Notes under the pieces: model-generated
Database searches by the model: none
What the model was told of the DNA's origin: nothing
Seen by the model: only the letters and a program-made list of their open reading frames with translations
From: Octopus sinensis
Lineage: Eukaryota
Direction: 5' to 3'
Length of the DNA stretch: 64,000 bases
Assembly: GCF_006345805.1 (NCBI RefSeq)
Contig: NC_043013.1
Location: 17,980,001 to 18,044,000 of the forward strand
Position numbers and translations under genes: made by a program
In this document: positions 51,371-64,000 of the stretch, piece by piece
Position numbering within the stretch: the first letter of the stretch is position 1
How the letters are laid out: each line of letters starts with the position of its first letter

Positions 51371-51828
51371 GTAAGTAACTATTGCTGTACTGTGTTATGT
51401 GTTATGCCTTGTCACCATTGTTGAAATCGGTGCCATTCCTGATTAAACGGACCCATGATGAAAGATATTCAAGCCATGACTACTGTTGGTGCATGGGTAG
51501 TGTACTGTGGTGGTTTTAATATAAGTAACCTTGTGTTAATGACTGTACGGTGGTGGTAGTATTAACTGTAGTTACTATCATTGCCATCATCATCATCATC
51601 ATCATCACTACTACCACCACCACCACCACCACCACCACTGCCATCATCATCATATCAGTAGCATAATTAGCACCACCACCAACACCACCATAGATACTAC
51701 CATCATACATTATCACTCCCACACCCCACTCTCTATCAATAACTACCTACCAAACCACTACCACAACTACTACCCCTGTCACACCACATAACAACCATTA
51801 CACCACTATTACACCATCACCATCATGA

Positions 51829-52382
<554 letters not shown>

Positions 52383-53008
52383 CACCTTATAGTAATACCG
52401 TAATACCAAATACACACCTATGTGCGCATGCACACACACACACACAAGCACACATACAGATAAATACACATACACATATGCCCCTGTGAGACAACTGCAG
52501 GGGGAATTCTTACCTAAGCGGAAACCACCATACTTAACTTTCATTGACCTGGGGAAGGTCCTTAACTACATTCAATGCTCTGTAGCCTAGCAACTGCAAA
52601 GAAAACTCAGTACAGATAAACAACTTGTGAGAAGTGTGCAGGTCATATATTGATGCCATCTGCACCCACTTTAGTAATTGTTATGCTTAAACTCCCCCCC
52701 CCCCATCCTTTTGAGTAGTTGCTATGCCTAGCAGTCACCTGTATGGTGAATGAGGTATCATGACTAAACTAACTTAGTATGGACGATAATTTATAAATTT
52801 TAATCTAAAAAGGGATTGTATAAGCTTTTAACAGTGACATGAGTAAAGATTAAGCCACACAAGGCATTCATATGTATTCACATAGTTACTTCTATGTGTA
52901 TATAGATATGTGTGTCTGTATGTATACACAGATACATATATGTGCATGGCTATGAATACATAAATGTAATACAATATAATATAATATCTTATATAAATGT
53001 GTGTGTGT

Positions 53009-53044
<36 letters not shown>

Positions 53045-53179
53045 AATAATATATTATATATATTGTGTATATATATACATACATGCATGCATACACATAT
53101 ATAAAAACACACATATATACTTGCATACAGACAATTTCTATTTCATTTTATAATTCTCTTCTCACCATTTATTTTCAAG

Positions 53180-53250
53180 GCTTAGATCCTGGAACTGTCA
53201 TTATTTCTGAAAAAGTTGTGAACTGGGAGCTGCAACAACAATGGAATCTT
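53180..53250 (+). CDS. Uridine phosphorylase exon
   Basis: (G)LDPGTVIISEKVVNWELQQQWNL; ttcaag/gtaagt. Confidence 0.92.
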
Positions 53251-53261
53251 GTAAGTATATC

Positions 53262-53308
<47 letters not shown>

Positions 53309-54691
53309 GTGTATGTATGTATGTATGTATGTATGCATGCATGCATACATACATACATACACACACACACACTCATACACACACACACACACACACACAT
53401 ACATTCATTCTTGTTAAGCTTCTTAATGATATCACTAGCAATATTAGCAAATAGATCTCTGATTTATCATAAGATAAGATTATATGTGGCAAGGCTGCCC
53501 TGTTCTATAATAATTTACTGTAACTAGCACATGTAGTTGTTGAAAGATCATGGAGTTTAATCCATATTAAAGTAGCTACTAATGTTGCTAGATACATTTT
53601 AACTTTGATGGACATTCATTTCCTTGCAAACTCATAAATAGCATAAAACTTTTAATAGAAACATAATGAAAGTCAGCTACAGCTGCTTGGGAAGTATAGG
53701 ATCATAGGAGATATACAAGGATCAATCCCTGCAACACTTTTGCAACCACAGGTACACTACTAACTATCTTCTGCATAACAAAATGGCTCAAAAAAGAACT
53801 GGTATACAGAGTCAGTATTTGCAATACCTAATGCTAGCAGTAAAGCTCAGAGGAATTTTGAAATGTAAGTATAATGAACAAATAAGAATTGCTAACTACA
53901 GTACTCTCATATACACACACTCCATACATGAATACTACCACATAATATATAATAATAATAATAATAATAATGATGATGAAATTATTGTATACAGTGCTCA
54001 GGTGCACCACCACTTGTCAAAAATGCGTATAAAGCATATGCAGTAATGTACAAATGTCTGGAAAGGGAACAGTGTATGAGTCAGATACATGCTTGCGTGT
54101 GTATGGTGGGGAGAAAATCAGGTGTAGTGTTGGTGAATCTCAGGAAGCATGGAAGTTTTGAAGGATGCAGTGCTCACATCCCAGAAACTCTGCTATCTTT
54201 CGCTTCTTTAAAAGATATTTTTTTCCGCATTTGTCAAGAGCTTTAAAAGCTGAAGAAAGAACTTAATTAGTGATTATTAGTGAGAATGAATACCACATGG
54301 CCACACAACACAGCTGCAGAAAGGCATGAAATGTTGTGAGGATTCATCATCATCATCAACATTTAACATAGGTTGGATGGCTTGACAGGAACTGGCAACG
54401 CCAGGGAATGTACCAGGTTCCATAGTATGTTTTAGCTTGGTTTCTACAGTTTGATGCCCTTCCTAGTGCCAACCACTTTACAGAGTGTATTGAGTGCTTT
54501 TTACATGGTACTATGACCAGTGCTTTTCACCTGCCACCAGCTCCCATACCAGTGTTTTTGATATTTTGAAGATATCATTGTTTCTTTTTTGATAACATCT
54601 ACACAGATTCTACACCACTGCTCAAAAAATTTAATAATATTAAAACATTTAATTTTTTTTTTCTCTCTCTCTCTCTTTCCCTAATCTGCAG

Positions 54692-54827
54692 CCAGTTCTA
54701 GGAAAAATGGTTCATAATCCAGCCGTACCAAACAAAGAAATTTATTCCAAATTGAAAGCTATTGCCGATAGTCTGTCTTTACCAAATTGTTTGGGAACAA
54801 CAATGTGTTGTGATGACTTCTATGAAG
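54692..54827 (+). CDS. Uridine phosphorylase exon
   Basis: PVLGKMVHNPAVPNKEIYSKLKAIADSLSLPNCLGTTMCCDDFYE+G; ctgcag/gtattt. Confidence 0.92.
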
Positions 54828-55407
54828 GTATTTTCATTTCATTTCTACTTTACTATTTTATTCCTTCCATCACCCCACCCCATTGTTCTTGATAGTCACA
54901 TTAAACAGGTTATTAATGCTTTGAAAAGTGTTGTGGAGGTTAGTTCTGGAGGAAACTTTGCACCAGCCACAAATTTAGTCTGCAGCCCTCATTAAGTTGT
55001 CCTCTTTTATATGTTATTATCTCCTCCTTTTCATCAAATGCTTCAGTTAGAATGTCTATAAACCTAAACCTCTGACTATTCAGAAGGATTTTCGTCTTCC
55101 AGATCTTTCTTTTGCAGACTGGTTTGCTTCTTGGCATCATTGTAGCCTAGAGCTAATGACTAACCCATGTTGATGGGTGCACTCTTCACCTGGAAATGAC
55201 TTGGCATTTATAAGCAACCACCTTTCTTGATTTCTGGTGAGAATGTCGTCAATCTGGATTGTGTGCCCACCAGATTAATAAGTGAACAGCTGACTGGCTG
55301 ACTTCCTGAAGTTAGTATTGCTGATCCTAAGGTCATTTGCATCACAGAACTTCAAAATAAAGATGATGATATAATTACATTTATACATTATATTATTCAA
55401 AAATGTT

Positions 55408-55483
<76 letters not shown>

Positions 55484-55900
55484 TGTGTGTGTGTGTGTGT
55501 GTTGTCTATTAATGCATTATAGGTACCACTGACTATTTCGCCTCCTCTCTATCCCATCACCTGTCCACAAACAAGCAAATGTTCTAAATTTCATATGAAA
55601 TATTCTACATTCCAAATTGCTCAACCATGTTGAAATATTAATCTATATTTCAAGGTGGCGAGCTGGCAGAAATGTTAGCACACTGGGTGAAATGCTTAGC
55701 GCCATTTAGTCTGTCTTTATGTTCTGAGTTCAAATTCCACCTATATCAACTTCATCTTTCATCCTTTTGGGGTTGATAAATTAAGTACCAGTTGCGTACT
55801 GGGATCAGTCTAATCAACTGCCCCACCCTGCCCCCAATTTCAGGCCTTGTGCCTAGAGTAGAAAAGAATATTAAATCTATATTTTATATTATTCTAACAG

Positions 55901-56047
55901 GTCAAGGCCGTCTTGATGGACCATTTTCTAGCTTTTCTGATGAAGACCGAGATGCATATCTTCAACATTTACAGGATAAGGGTGTGACCAATATGGAAAT
56001 GGAGTCCGTTGGTTTTGTAGCTTTGTGTAATAAAATGAATATTCCAT
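55901..56047 (+). CDS. Uridine phosphorylase exon
   Basis: (G)QGRLDGPFSSFSDEDRDAYLQHLQDKGVTNMEMESVGFVALCNKMNIP+T; QGR and EME catalytic motifs; aacag/gtgagt. Confidence 0.95.
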
Positions 56048-56844
56048 GTGAGTAAAACCATTTTTTGTTCTGATATTTGATGTCATCTTCCATTCTGAGC
56101 TCCCGCTTTCTGAACCTGAATACTTCTTTCTCTCTTGAAGTCTCCAGTTCAGACCCCCCCCCCCCCACTCTTTATGCTGATGAGTGTCAGGTCCATCCAG
56201 AGATCAAACAATTCCTATGAAACATCAAACTGTTTGTTTTCTATAATGACTATTTGCCTCAGTTCTACCTCTCTGATGGTTTCACTGACTTTGGCTGTCA
56301 ACTATCTAACTGGACGCCAGTTCTAAGTCCAATTCACAACCCTGGACATTGCTACCAGTCTGTGCTGTCCCTTGGTGAACCATTTTGACTTTCTTAAGCA
56401 GGCACGGCTGTGTGGTAAGGAACTTCCTTCCCAACCACAGGTTTGGCAAGTGTCTTCTACTATAGCCTTGGGCTGAACAAAACCTTATGAGTGGATTTGG
56501 TTGACAGAAACTGAAAGAAGCCTGTCATGTATATGTGTGTGTATATGTATATATAGTAATTATGGATATTCTTATCCCTTAGGTGGTTACTCTAACTGCT
56601 AACTCTACTTACCTATATATATATATATATATCATCATCATCATCATCGTTTAACGTCCGCTTTCCATGCTAGCATGGGTTGGACGGTTCAACTGGGGTC
56701 TGGCAAGCTCAAAGGCTGCACCAGGCCAGTCAGATCTGGCAGTGTTTCTACAGCTGGATGCCCTTCCTAACGCCAACCACTCCGAGAGTGTAGTGGGTGA
56801 TTTTATGTGCCACCGACACATATATATAAACATGTGTGTGTATT

Positions 56845-57000
56845 TTTGTGTCTGTGGAGTTGGTCAGTTTATAGAGAATGGACATAGAGGAGCAGTTTCT
56901 GTAGTTAATGGTGACAGATGTCAACAAAATTAACAGAGGAGGATGAGATGGTAGAAGTAAATTCAAGAGTTGAATGTGTAACAGGATGAGAATTCAGGAA
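56845..57000 (-). mobile_element. Penelope-like RT remnant
   Basis: The - strand gives LEFTSTISSSSVNFVDI/SVTINYRNCSSMSILYKLTNS (one frameshift), resembling the PLE FT...VNFLD...YKPT thumb motif. Confidence 0.55.
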
Positions 57001-57555
57001 CACTGGAGGGGTGTCTGGTCTGATCCTGTCACATTCAATTCAAGTTGAAGAAACGGAGACAAAGTCAGGCTGTCTTCAATAACAGTAAGTGGTGGTTTAT
57101 TCTGCAGTTTACAGGTGAAACATGTACACATGTATTTCTTGTGGGGAAACCGGCAGCCGAATCCACAGGACTGGTTACAATGTTCTCTCATGCGAGTCAA
57201 GATGATTTGGTGTTCGTTTCCGCTTCGTTGGGGTGAGGTTCTCTGTGCGTAGGGTTCTTCCCTGAGAGAAGTCGAGCCACGTCTGACTGCTAGCGCTGCT
57301 CTGCCAGAAAGACCGATTCAGCGGTCAGGTTTTCGGTTGCAGTTCCTGCGCATGTGCATGAGGAAACTTCCGGTGGCCAACCGGAAGTAATCCAATTCTG
57401 CGCATGTGCGCTGAAACTTACACAGTAGTATTACTACAAATGTATAGAATTGATAAAGTCAGTGTTTCTTGCCTTTACTGTATAGGAGAGAGGTTGGCGG
57501 GGAGAATGTTTTCAGCATCTGGAAAGAAGACCTTTGTGGTTGCCTGTCTGGAGGC

Positions 57556-57793
57556 AGTAAATCCTTGTGCTTAGTGTAAACAAGTACTGGTACACTCAGT
57601 ACATTGCGGTTCACCTATAATACACTCAGTACATCATGGATTTTTCTGGCTAATATATGTAAATTTATATCGCAGACTACTCAGTATATCGCGGGTTTCT
57701 GCAGCCGATAGGTATTTATATTTTTTTAGATTTCAATTATTTCTGTGGGAGGTTTTGGAATGTAACACCCGCGATAGTCGAGAGATTACTGTA
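57556..57793. mobile_element. Possible Tigger/pogo-like MITE
   Basis: Right end reads TA|CAGTAATCTCTCGACTATCGCGGG on -; left end CAGTAAATCC is an imperfect TIR. Confidence 0.4.
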
Positions 57794-58127
57794 AATACAT
57801 ATCTTTAACTAGTTTCAGCCATTGGACTGCAGCCATGCTGGAGCACTGCTTTGAAGAGTTTAGTCAAACAAATTGACCCTAGTACTTATGGCAAACCATT
57901 AACGTACAAGGATGTTAGCATGCCAACACTGGTTGAAATATATTTGGTGAGGGATTGCTGTAATCACAAAACACATATAATCGCAGAACAAACCTCAATT
58001 TACCCAACCACCATGGCCAGCTTTTAGTTGATTTCTAATAGAAAACATATATTTGATCATTTATTCATTTGTTTATTTCTTTATTGACTGTCTTTCTCTA
58101 TAAATTTGTCTCTCTTTCTTCACAAAG

Positions 58128-58264
58128 GTGCTGTGATATGTGTGACAGTGGTTGACCGACTTAAGGGTGACCAAATAACTGCTGACCATGATCATATTTT
58201 ACAGTGGGAAAAAAGACCAATACAAATATTTTTTGAATACATGAAAAAACACCATTTGAAATAA
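58128..58264 (+). CDS. Uridine phosphorylase last coding exon
   Basis: (C)AVICVTVVDRLKGDQITADHDHILQWEKRPIQIFFEYMKKHHLK*; caaag acceptor; TAA at 58262-58264. The spliced ORF totals 289 aa with all phases compatible. Confidence 0.93.
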
Positions 58265-58320
58265 ATAAAATGGCACAAGATATGAAATTATTTTGAATTA
58301 TCATTGGATTCTCCATATAC

Positions 58321-58352
<32 letters not shown>

Positions 58353-58554
58353 GCATACATACATGCATGCATACATACATACATAGGCCCCACCCCATGC
58401 ACACACACATATACATACATACATACAAACCTACATCTACAAAACTTTCAAATTCAAAGGATGATGATTAAAAAAAGATACTTTCCTTCTCAACCTTGCT
58501 ACCAAGTTGGTGGCTGGTCAAAATTTACTCTGAAATTAAAAAGAGAAGTGAAGA

Positions 58555-58622
<68 letters not shown>

Positions 58623-59092
58623 ATGTGCGTGTGAACATGTGTGTTTGTATATATAATACATATAAAACAAAACAGGAGAGTTAGTTTATAAATTATTTAG
58701 TTATATCACCTTACGAATGTTTAATTAATAATGAAATATAAACTGCATTTTATGAGGAAAATCTTACAAGCAGGTTACATGATCAACTCTTCAGAGATTA
58801 CTTTACTCTCATTAGTTACATTTTCAGGTTTATACTGAATAGCAGACAGTGTTTTGGTATGAATGTAGTTATAACGTCTGTAGTTATGGCTGTTGTTACT
58901 GTAATATTGTTTATAGTCCTGTATAAATCTTAAAGGTTACTTATGAGAGTTACAGTCTCTGAAGATTTGATAATATAATCTGCTTATACAATTTTCTATA
59001 TATAACAGATATTTATTTTTTGAATTATTAATGAAATATTTGTAAGATGACATAAGTACCTTTTGAATAAACTCTTCTATTATTATTATTAC

Positions 59093-59131
<39 letters not shown>

Positions 59132-60194
59132 CATATGTTTATATATATACACACATATATGTATGTATACACAGACACACACACTCACACAAATATATTA
59201 TGAATGTATGGACAAGAAAAAACTTGTAAACTTGGAGAAGGCGAAAAATGTTTCTTTCATTATTCCTGAAAATTATTTTTTAAAAGAAAATAAGAACAAA
59301 TTTATAAGATTAAATAGCTGTTGAATAAACACTAAAATAATTATTGAATATATATTATATAAATATGAAATAAATTTTGGATTTTCAGTGGAGTTTCTGT
59401 GGATGTTCATTGAATTTTCTATGACCTTTGACAATTTTAATTGAACTTTTTTTTACACCGAACCCATGACAGGGTGGTATAAATTGCAAATTGCAGCTAA
59501 TTATATAAATATACGTATATACGAGAATTTTTATTAATCACTATAATTGTTTCAACACAGCTAGCATTGATCCCTCACAGGTGGGATACTTAACAACTGG
59601 TTCATGTCTTGCCTTGCATGGGATTAATTTTCCTGCTTGCCACTTTGGTTACATATTAGACAAGATGGCATTCAACTTCTACCAGACAACATTTGAGTAA
59701 CTGACTTCCATTCCTCCCCCAAAGGCTAGCTATTATCTGCTATGTCCGTATTTATGTTATATATATAAGAGAGAGAGAGAGAATTTCACTAAGCGTACAC
59801 TACAGGTTCAAACTCAATACGGATCATAGACCTTTAAAATATATCTTCCACCCACAAAAGCCGATTCCTACGAATGTTTCTACTAGAATCGGACAATGGC
59901 CTATTCGATTAATGGCATTTGATTTTGATATATCGCATATCTCCGGCTCTAAAATTTCTCATGTTGAAATTGCAAGTAGCAGACGAGGGAATTATCTTTG
60001 CAGTTGAGCAAAGAGCAGCCAAAGGATCTCTGGCAATATGATGTGCATTCCTCTGCTAAACTAAGTTTTTGGGTTCTTCATCCATTACAGTGACTCTCCT
60101 CCCTGACTACCCAGCCATATCATATCTCTCTCTTGTTCTTCCCCTCCCCAGGGACCGTATCAACTTTACTACACCTGCTGCTCGTACAATATTG

Positions 60195-60603
60195 ACTTAC
60201 TCTTTTACTTGTTTCAGTCATTTGACTATGGCCATGCTGGAGCACCGCCTTTTAGTCGAGCAAATCAACCCCAGGACTTATTGTTTGTAAGCCTGGTACT
60301 TATTCTATCGGTCTCTTTTTGGTGTTAAAAATTGGAAAGAAAATAAAAAATACAAAAAAAAAACAGAGGGAAATAAAAGATCGCTTGTCAAGCGATGTTG
60401 CGGGGGGGGGGACAAACACAGACACACAAACATATGCACACACATACATATATACGACGGGCTTCTTTCAGTTTCCGTCTACCAAATCCACTCACAAGGC
60501 TTTGGTCAGCCCGAGGCTATAGTAGAAGATACTTGCCCAAGGTGCCATGCAGTGGGACCATGTGGTTGGTAAGCAAGTTACTTACCACCCAGCCACTCCT
60601 GCG
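60195..60603 (-). mobile_element. SINE family A with internal rearrangement
   Basis: Tail and head match family A; middle replaced at ~60320-60385. Confidence 0.8.
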
Positions 60604-60819
60604 TCTATAAACCTTTAATATACTTGGTAGTATATTATGATTGCAAAACGAAATTAATATTAATATTTACGTAGCAACCGCCAAGAACGTTTAAAAAGTA
60701 AATTGGTCTCTGCAATAATATTGCACCGCTAAATTACATTACTTTCGTGCAAGGGGAATAACTTGAATTTTTGGAAACAGTTTAACTCTACAAAATTGCA
60801 GAGTCAGTTCCCTTGTAAA

Positions 60820-62135
60820 ATAGTTGGCAATCAATCACCTTTGGTCTTAAAACTGCCAAATTTCTCAGCTGTTCGTTTCTTAGTTTCTGTGAAAGATCTT
60901 TATTTATTTACTTTTGGTTTCATGACGTTTTGAAGTTGGAAAGTGAAAGAGGCAAGAGACAGATGCACACGCGTGCGTCTATGAAGGATAAGGGTGTACT
61001 GAGAGGCAAAGTCGTCCTCGGCGGAATTTGAACTCAGAACGTAGCGGCAGACGAAATAACCTATTTCTTTACTACCCACAAAGGGCTAAACACAGAGAGG
61101 ACAAACAAAAACAGACAAACGGGTAAGTTGATTATATGGACCCCAGCGCGTAACTGGTACTTATTTAATCGACCCCGAAAGGATGAAAGGCAAAATCGAC
61201 CTCGGTGGAATTTGAACTCAGAACGTAGCGGCAGACGAAATACCGCTCAGCATTTCGTCTGGCGTGCTAACGTTTCTGCCAGCTCGTTTATATGAAACCT
61301 AATGGGTGCACGTGTGTGAGCGTGTTCTGCTTTATGTATTTGCATTCTCTCACACACGAACACAGACATGTACATCCATTATCTTTCATATACCCATACA
61401 TACATAACTCGCACATTATAAATATGCAAGGCTTTTCTCAAATTCAAAATGCAACGTTACTTTTGTTATTTGCATTCAAACTATGGAGCTTTGTATCTGT
61501 GGTGTTAGATGTGTTATGGGCTGTGATGAGCTATGTGGTGTTGGTCGAGGGGATGACAGATGAGGTGGGCGGAAGTAAGGCTCGCAGGGGCCGGCGGAAG
61601 ACGTGTTGACTTGGTGAGAGTGACCGTTGATTTCGCCGAGGTAAGGCCTTTTGTATTTCTTTCTCCCGTTGCTTCTTTTTCTGTTGTCGCTTCGTTCCTC
61701 CTCTCACACTACAGTATCTTGTTAGAAATATACGTTATTAGGAAAGATAACGGATGTACGTGTGTCTTTGTGTGTGAGTGAATGCAAATACGTAAAGCAG
61801 AACACGCGCCCACACATTAGTTTCATACATAAATACACACACCACACGCACCCATTAGCTTTCATATACATGTATATACATAACTACACACACACATGTA
61901 CAGCTGCTATTTTTCATACACAAACACACGGACACCCATTATCTTTCATAGACATGTAGATACACGTGCGTGCGAGCGCCCGTCTCTTTCACTTTCCAAC
62001 TTCAAAGCAAATGTTGCCTTTGAAACGTCACGAAGCCAAAAGTAAATAAATAAAATTTTCTTATTGAAACTAACGAACGAGCAGCTGAGAAGATTTGACA
62101 GTTCTGAGACTAAAAGCGAGTGATTGCCTAATAGT
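60820..62135. mobile_element. Foldback-like element with long modular inverted arms; SINE B inserted in the left arm (~61003-61287)
   Basis: 60820-60998 vs ~61930-62135 and 61291-61388 vs 61741-61827 are inverted copies (~75-85% by eye); recurring module CACCCATTAKCTTTCATA. Confidence 0.65.
61560..61646 (+). promoter_or_regulatory. Candidate promoter / non-coding first exon of a downstream gene
   Basis: CpG-rich core, GGCGGAAGT (61568-61576) and GGCGGAAGA (61593-61601) ETS-like motifs, strong donor CCGAG|GTAAGG at 61640/61641 followed by a pyrimidine-rich intron start. Confidence 0.45.
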
Positions 62136-62706
62136 TGTCATTTACAAACCAATCTTAGGCGTGGACATATTATAACAGCCAGAAATTTAAGCGTTCGAAA
62201 TGTTGTGTTGCAGATAACAGAAATGATGAAATAGTTTTATTGTTTCATGTATTCTGGAGTTAATTCTTGTTAGGAAATAATTTTGAGTTCGGTAGAAACA
62301 GAGACAAGTTCGTTATAAGTCAACTTTCCACACTGCGAGTATCGTTTCAGTTTTATGTGTTATGTATGGGACGGAGGCTAGCAACTCTAAGGACCGAATT
62401 TGTTGCTTAGTTCCGAGTCGGCCCTGTTATCAGAGATGTTGCAACCATGATAGTAATGTCGTATGCTTTTTTTTTCCTCAGACACATAATATCCTAGACT
62501 ACAATATTCAACGTTCCATTCTTATTAAAAAGTAAGGTTTAATTTGAGGAAGTCTAGCTACCGTTTTGTTTTAAAAATAAATATTCTGGTTGTGTTCTCG
62601 AATATTTTGTTCTAAATATAAATGCAGTAATGTTTCTTTCTAAAAATGTATTGATGTATAGAAACACTCGTACAATTGTAAGGTTGCAAGGTATTTAACT
62701 TCCACT

Positions 62707-63000
62707 TACAGGGGTGGGGCAAAATGAATAATCTCTGATTTCTTGTTGTCTCCCTACATGTTTGAAATCATTATACTTGCAAGTATTGCATCGTCTTTAG
62801 GAGTAATAATTGGTTAGCATAGTTGTTTTTCAAGTTGAGAGAATTTGGAACATAGTCGGATGACAGGTACTTTTTTCCAAGAAAATTTTCCTCAGATTCG
62901 ACTGGATTGTAATTAAGGTTGCTAATAAAATATTTGGATAATTTTTGATGTTTAACAATCAATATTCTTTTCTCTGTCGGATTCCAAGTCAATTTCCACC
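62707..63000 (-). mobile_element. Tc1/mariner-like transposase N-terminal remnant (tentative)
   Basis: TA|CAGGGGTGGGGCAAAA TIR-like end; ORF 62771-62992 begins MTWNPTEKRILIV, resembling Tc1-family starts. Confidence 0.35.
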
Positions 63001-63104
63001 ACCACTAATGTCCAAAGTGGAGTAAAATGAGCCATGATTAATTTCAGTATAGTATATCGGGAAGAGATCCACTCCAGCCGATCGCGAAGAAGCTAGAGAG
63101 AATA

Positions 63105-63285
63105 TTTTATTCTTTTACTGGTTTCAGTCATTTGACTGCGGCTATGCTGGAGCACTGCCTTTAGTTGAACAAATTAACCCCTGTGCTTATTCTTTGTAAG
63201 CCTAGTACTTATTCTATCAATCTCTTTGCCAAACTGCTAAGTTACAGGGACGTAAGCACACCAACATCAGTTGTCAGGATGTTAC
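63105..63285 (-). mobile_element. SINE family A tail half
   Basis: TTTTACTGGTTTCAGTCATTTGACTGCGGCTATGCTGGAGCACTGCC.... Confidence 0.8.
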
Positions 63286-63349
63286 ACAGAATAAGGAAAA
63301 CATAACAATGGTGTGTGTGGTGTGAATGTTTGTCTTAATCATTTCCAAT

Positions 63350-64000
63350 GGGATAAGTGTACTGAACCAACAGAGGTGAAAGCTCTTTGAACTTCCTTTC
63401 ACCTGTTTGTGTTCAAACAAGTATGCTTTTAGAACATCCATCTCCACTGCAGATAAGGTCACCTAGGTAACAGGAACTACCTATTGTCTCTAGGCATTCA
63501 AAGAAAATGTATTTCTTGTGTGTTCTTTAATGTTTACTGCTCTTGCACATATTCCACATTCGAACATTGCTTTTTCCATTAACCTTTCTGTGAATCCCAT
63601 GCACCACTTGTGTCCGTAGTTTGCACTGGATACACCTTATGGAATTTCTGCCTACACTTTTCCAACATATTAAGCAGGGTCATTTGCCTGGTTTTTGGTA
63701 AGTTAACTTCAAGGCCCATTGATTCTCGATTTTGCTTCCACACCTACAATTTCTTTTCTACTGTAGATGCATCTGTAAGAACAAGGTCATCAACATAGAG
63801 GAATTCCCATGGGCAAGCTGTCTTAAATCTCCTCTTATGGCCTGGAGGACCGAGAACCGATTCCTGGTGAACTTGTAGCACATAAATTCATTGTACTTGT
63901 TTCCCTCACCTTACCTGGGAACATCCCTGTATGAGGCTTCTTTGGTTTTCAATCCATTCATCTACTCCCTAGCTTCCTCAGAGCCCATCACCAGGTCAAC
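63350..64000 (-). mobile_element. Old RTE LINE remnant (RT to C-terminal region), runs off the window
   Basis: The - strand gives FKTACPWEFLYVDDLVL, VWKQNRESMGLEVN, a decayed Cys cluster and FCYLGDL-like sequence with many stops. Confidence 0.75.

Noticed and set aside
58264-58269. AATAAA overlapping the UPP stop codon as the poly(A) signal
   Set aside because: Hexamers are frequent in this AT-rich sequence and no downstream element could be confirmed; needs 3'-end data.
62220-62460. Possible snoRNA or structured RNA (ATGATGA box, GC-richer patch)
   Set aside because: No D box at a suitable distance and no terminal stem.

Overview
AT-rich, repeat-dense animal genomic DNA. The SINE families, RTE LINEs with (TGA)n tails and dense microsatellites fit a coleoid cephalopod, probably Octopus (inference). 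Two spliced host genes were reconstructed by hand on the + strand. The first is the last seven coding exons of DRG2 (1128-12207, 5' part outside the window), which include a textbook U12-type GT-AG intron (1219-2619). The second is a seven-exon uridine phosphorylase (48239-58264, 289 aa from this ATG). Most remaining sequence is mobile-element derived: two large RTE LINE copies with a PHD-type finger inside the RT C-terminal region, a CR1 3' end, mariner and DD41D transposon fossils, TTAA-flanked MITEs, several tRNA-derived SINE families and Penelope-like fragments. The main signals worth follow-up are: a 169-bp, ~93% identical inverted duplication enclosing one 59-nt DRG2 exon; a near-perfect palindrome carrying two minimal hammerhead-ribozyme folds, plus related palindromes and decayed hammerheads beside (TA)n; a 1.9-kb hierarchical tandem array built from an RTE 3' UTR; and a foldback-like element enclosing a promoter/first-exon-like core at 61.5-61.65 kb. 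All alignments and folds were done by eye; repeat boundaries are approximate.
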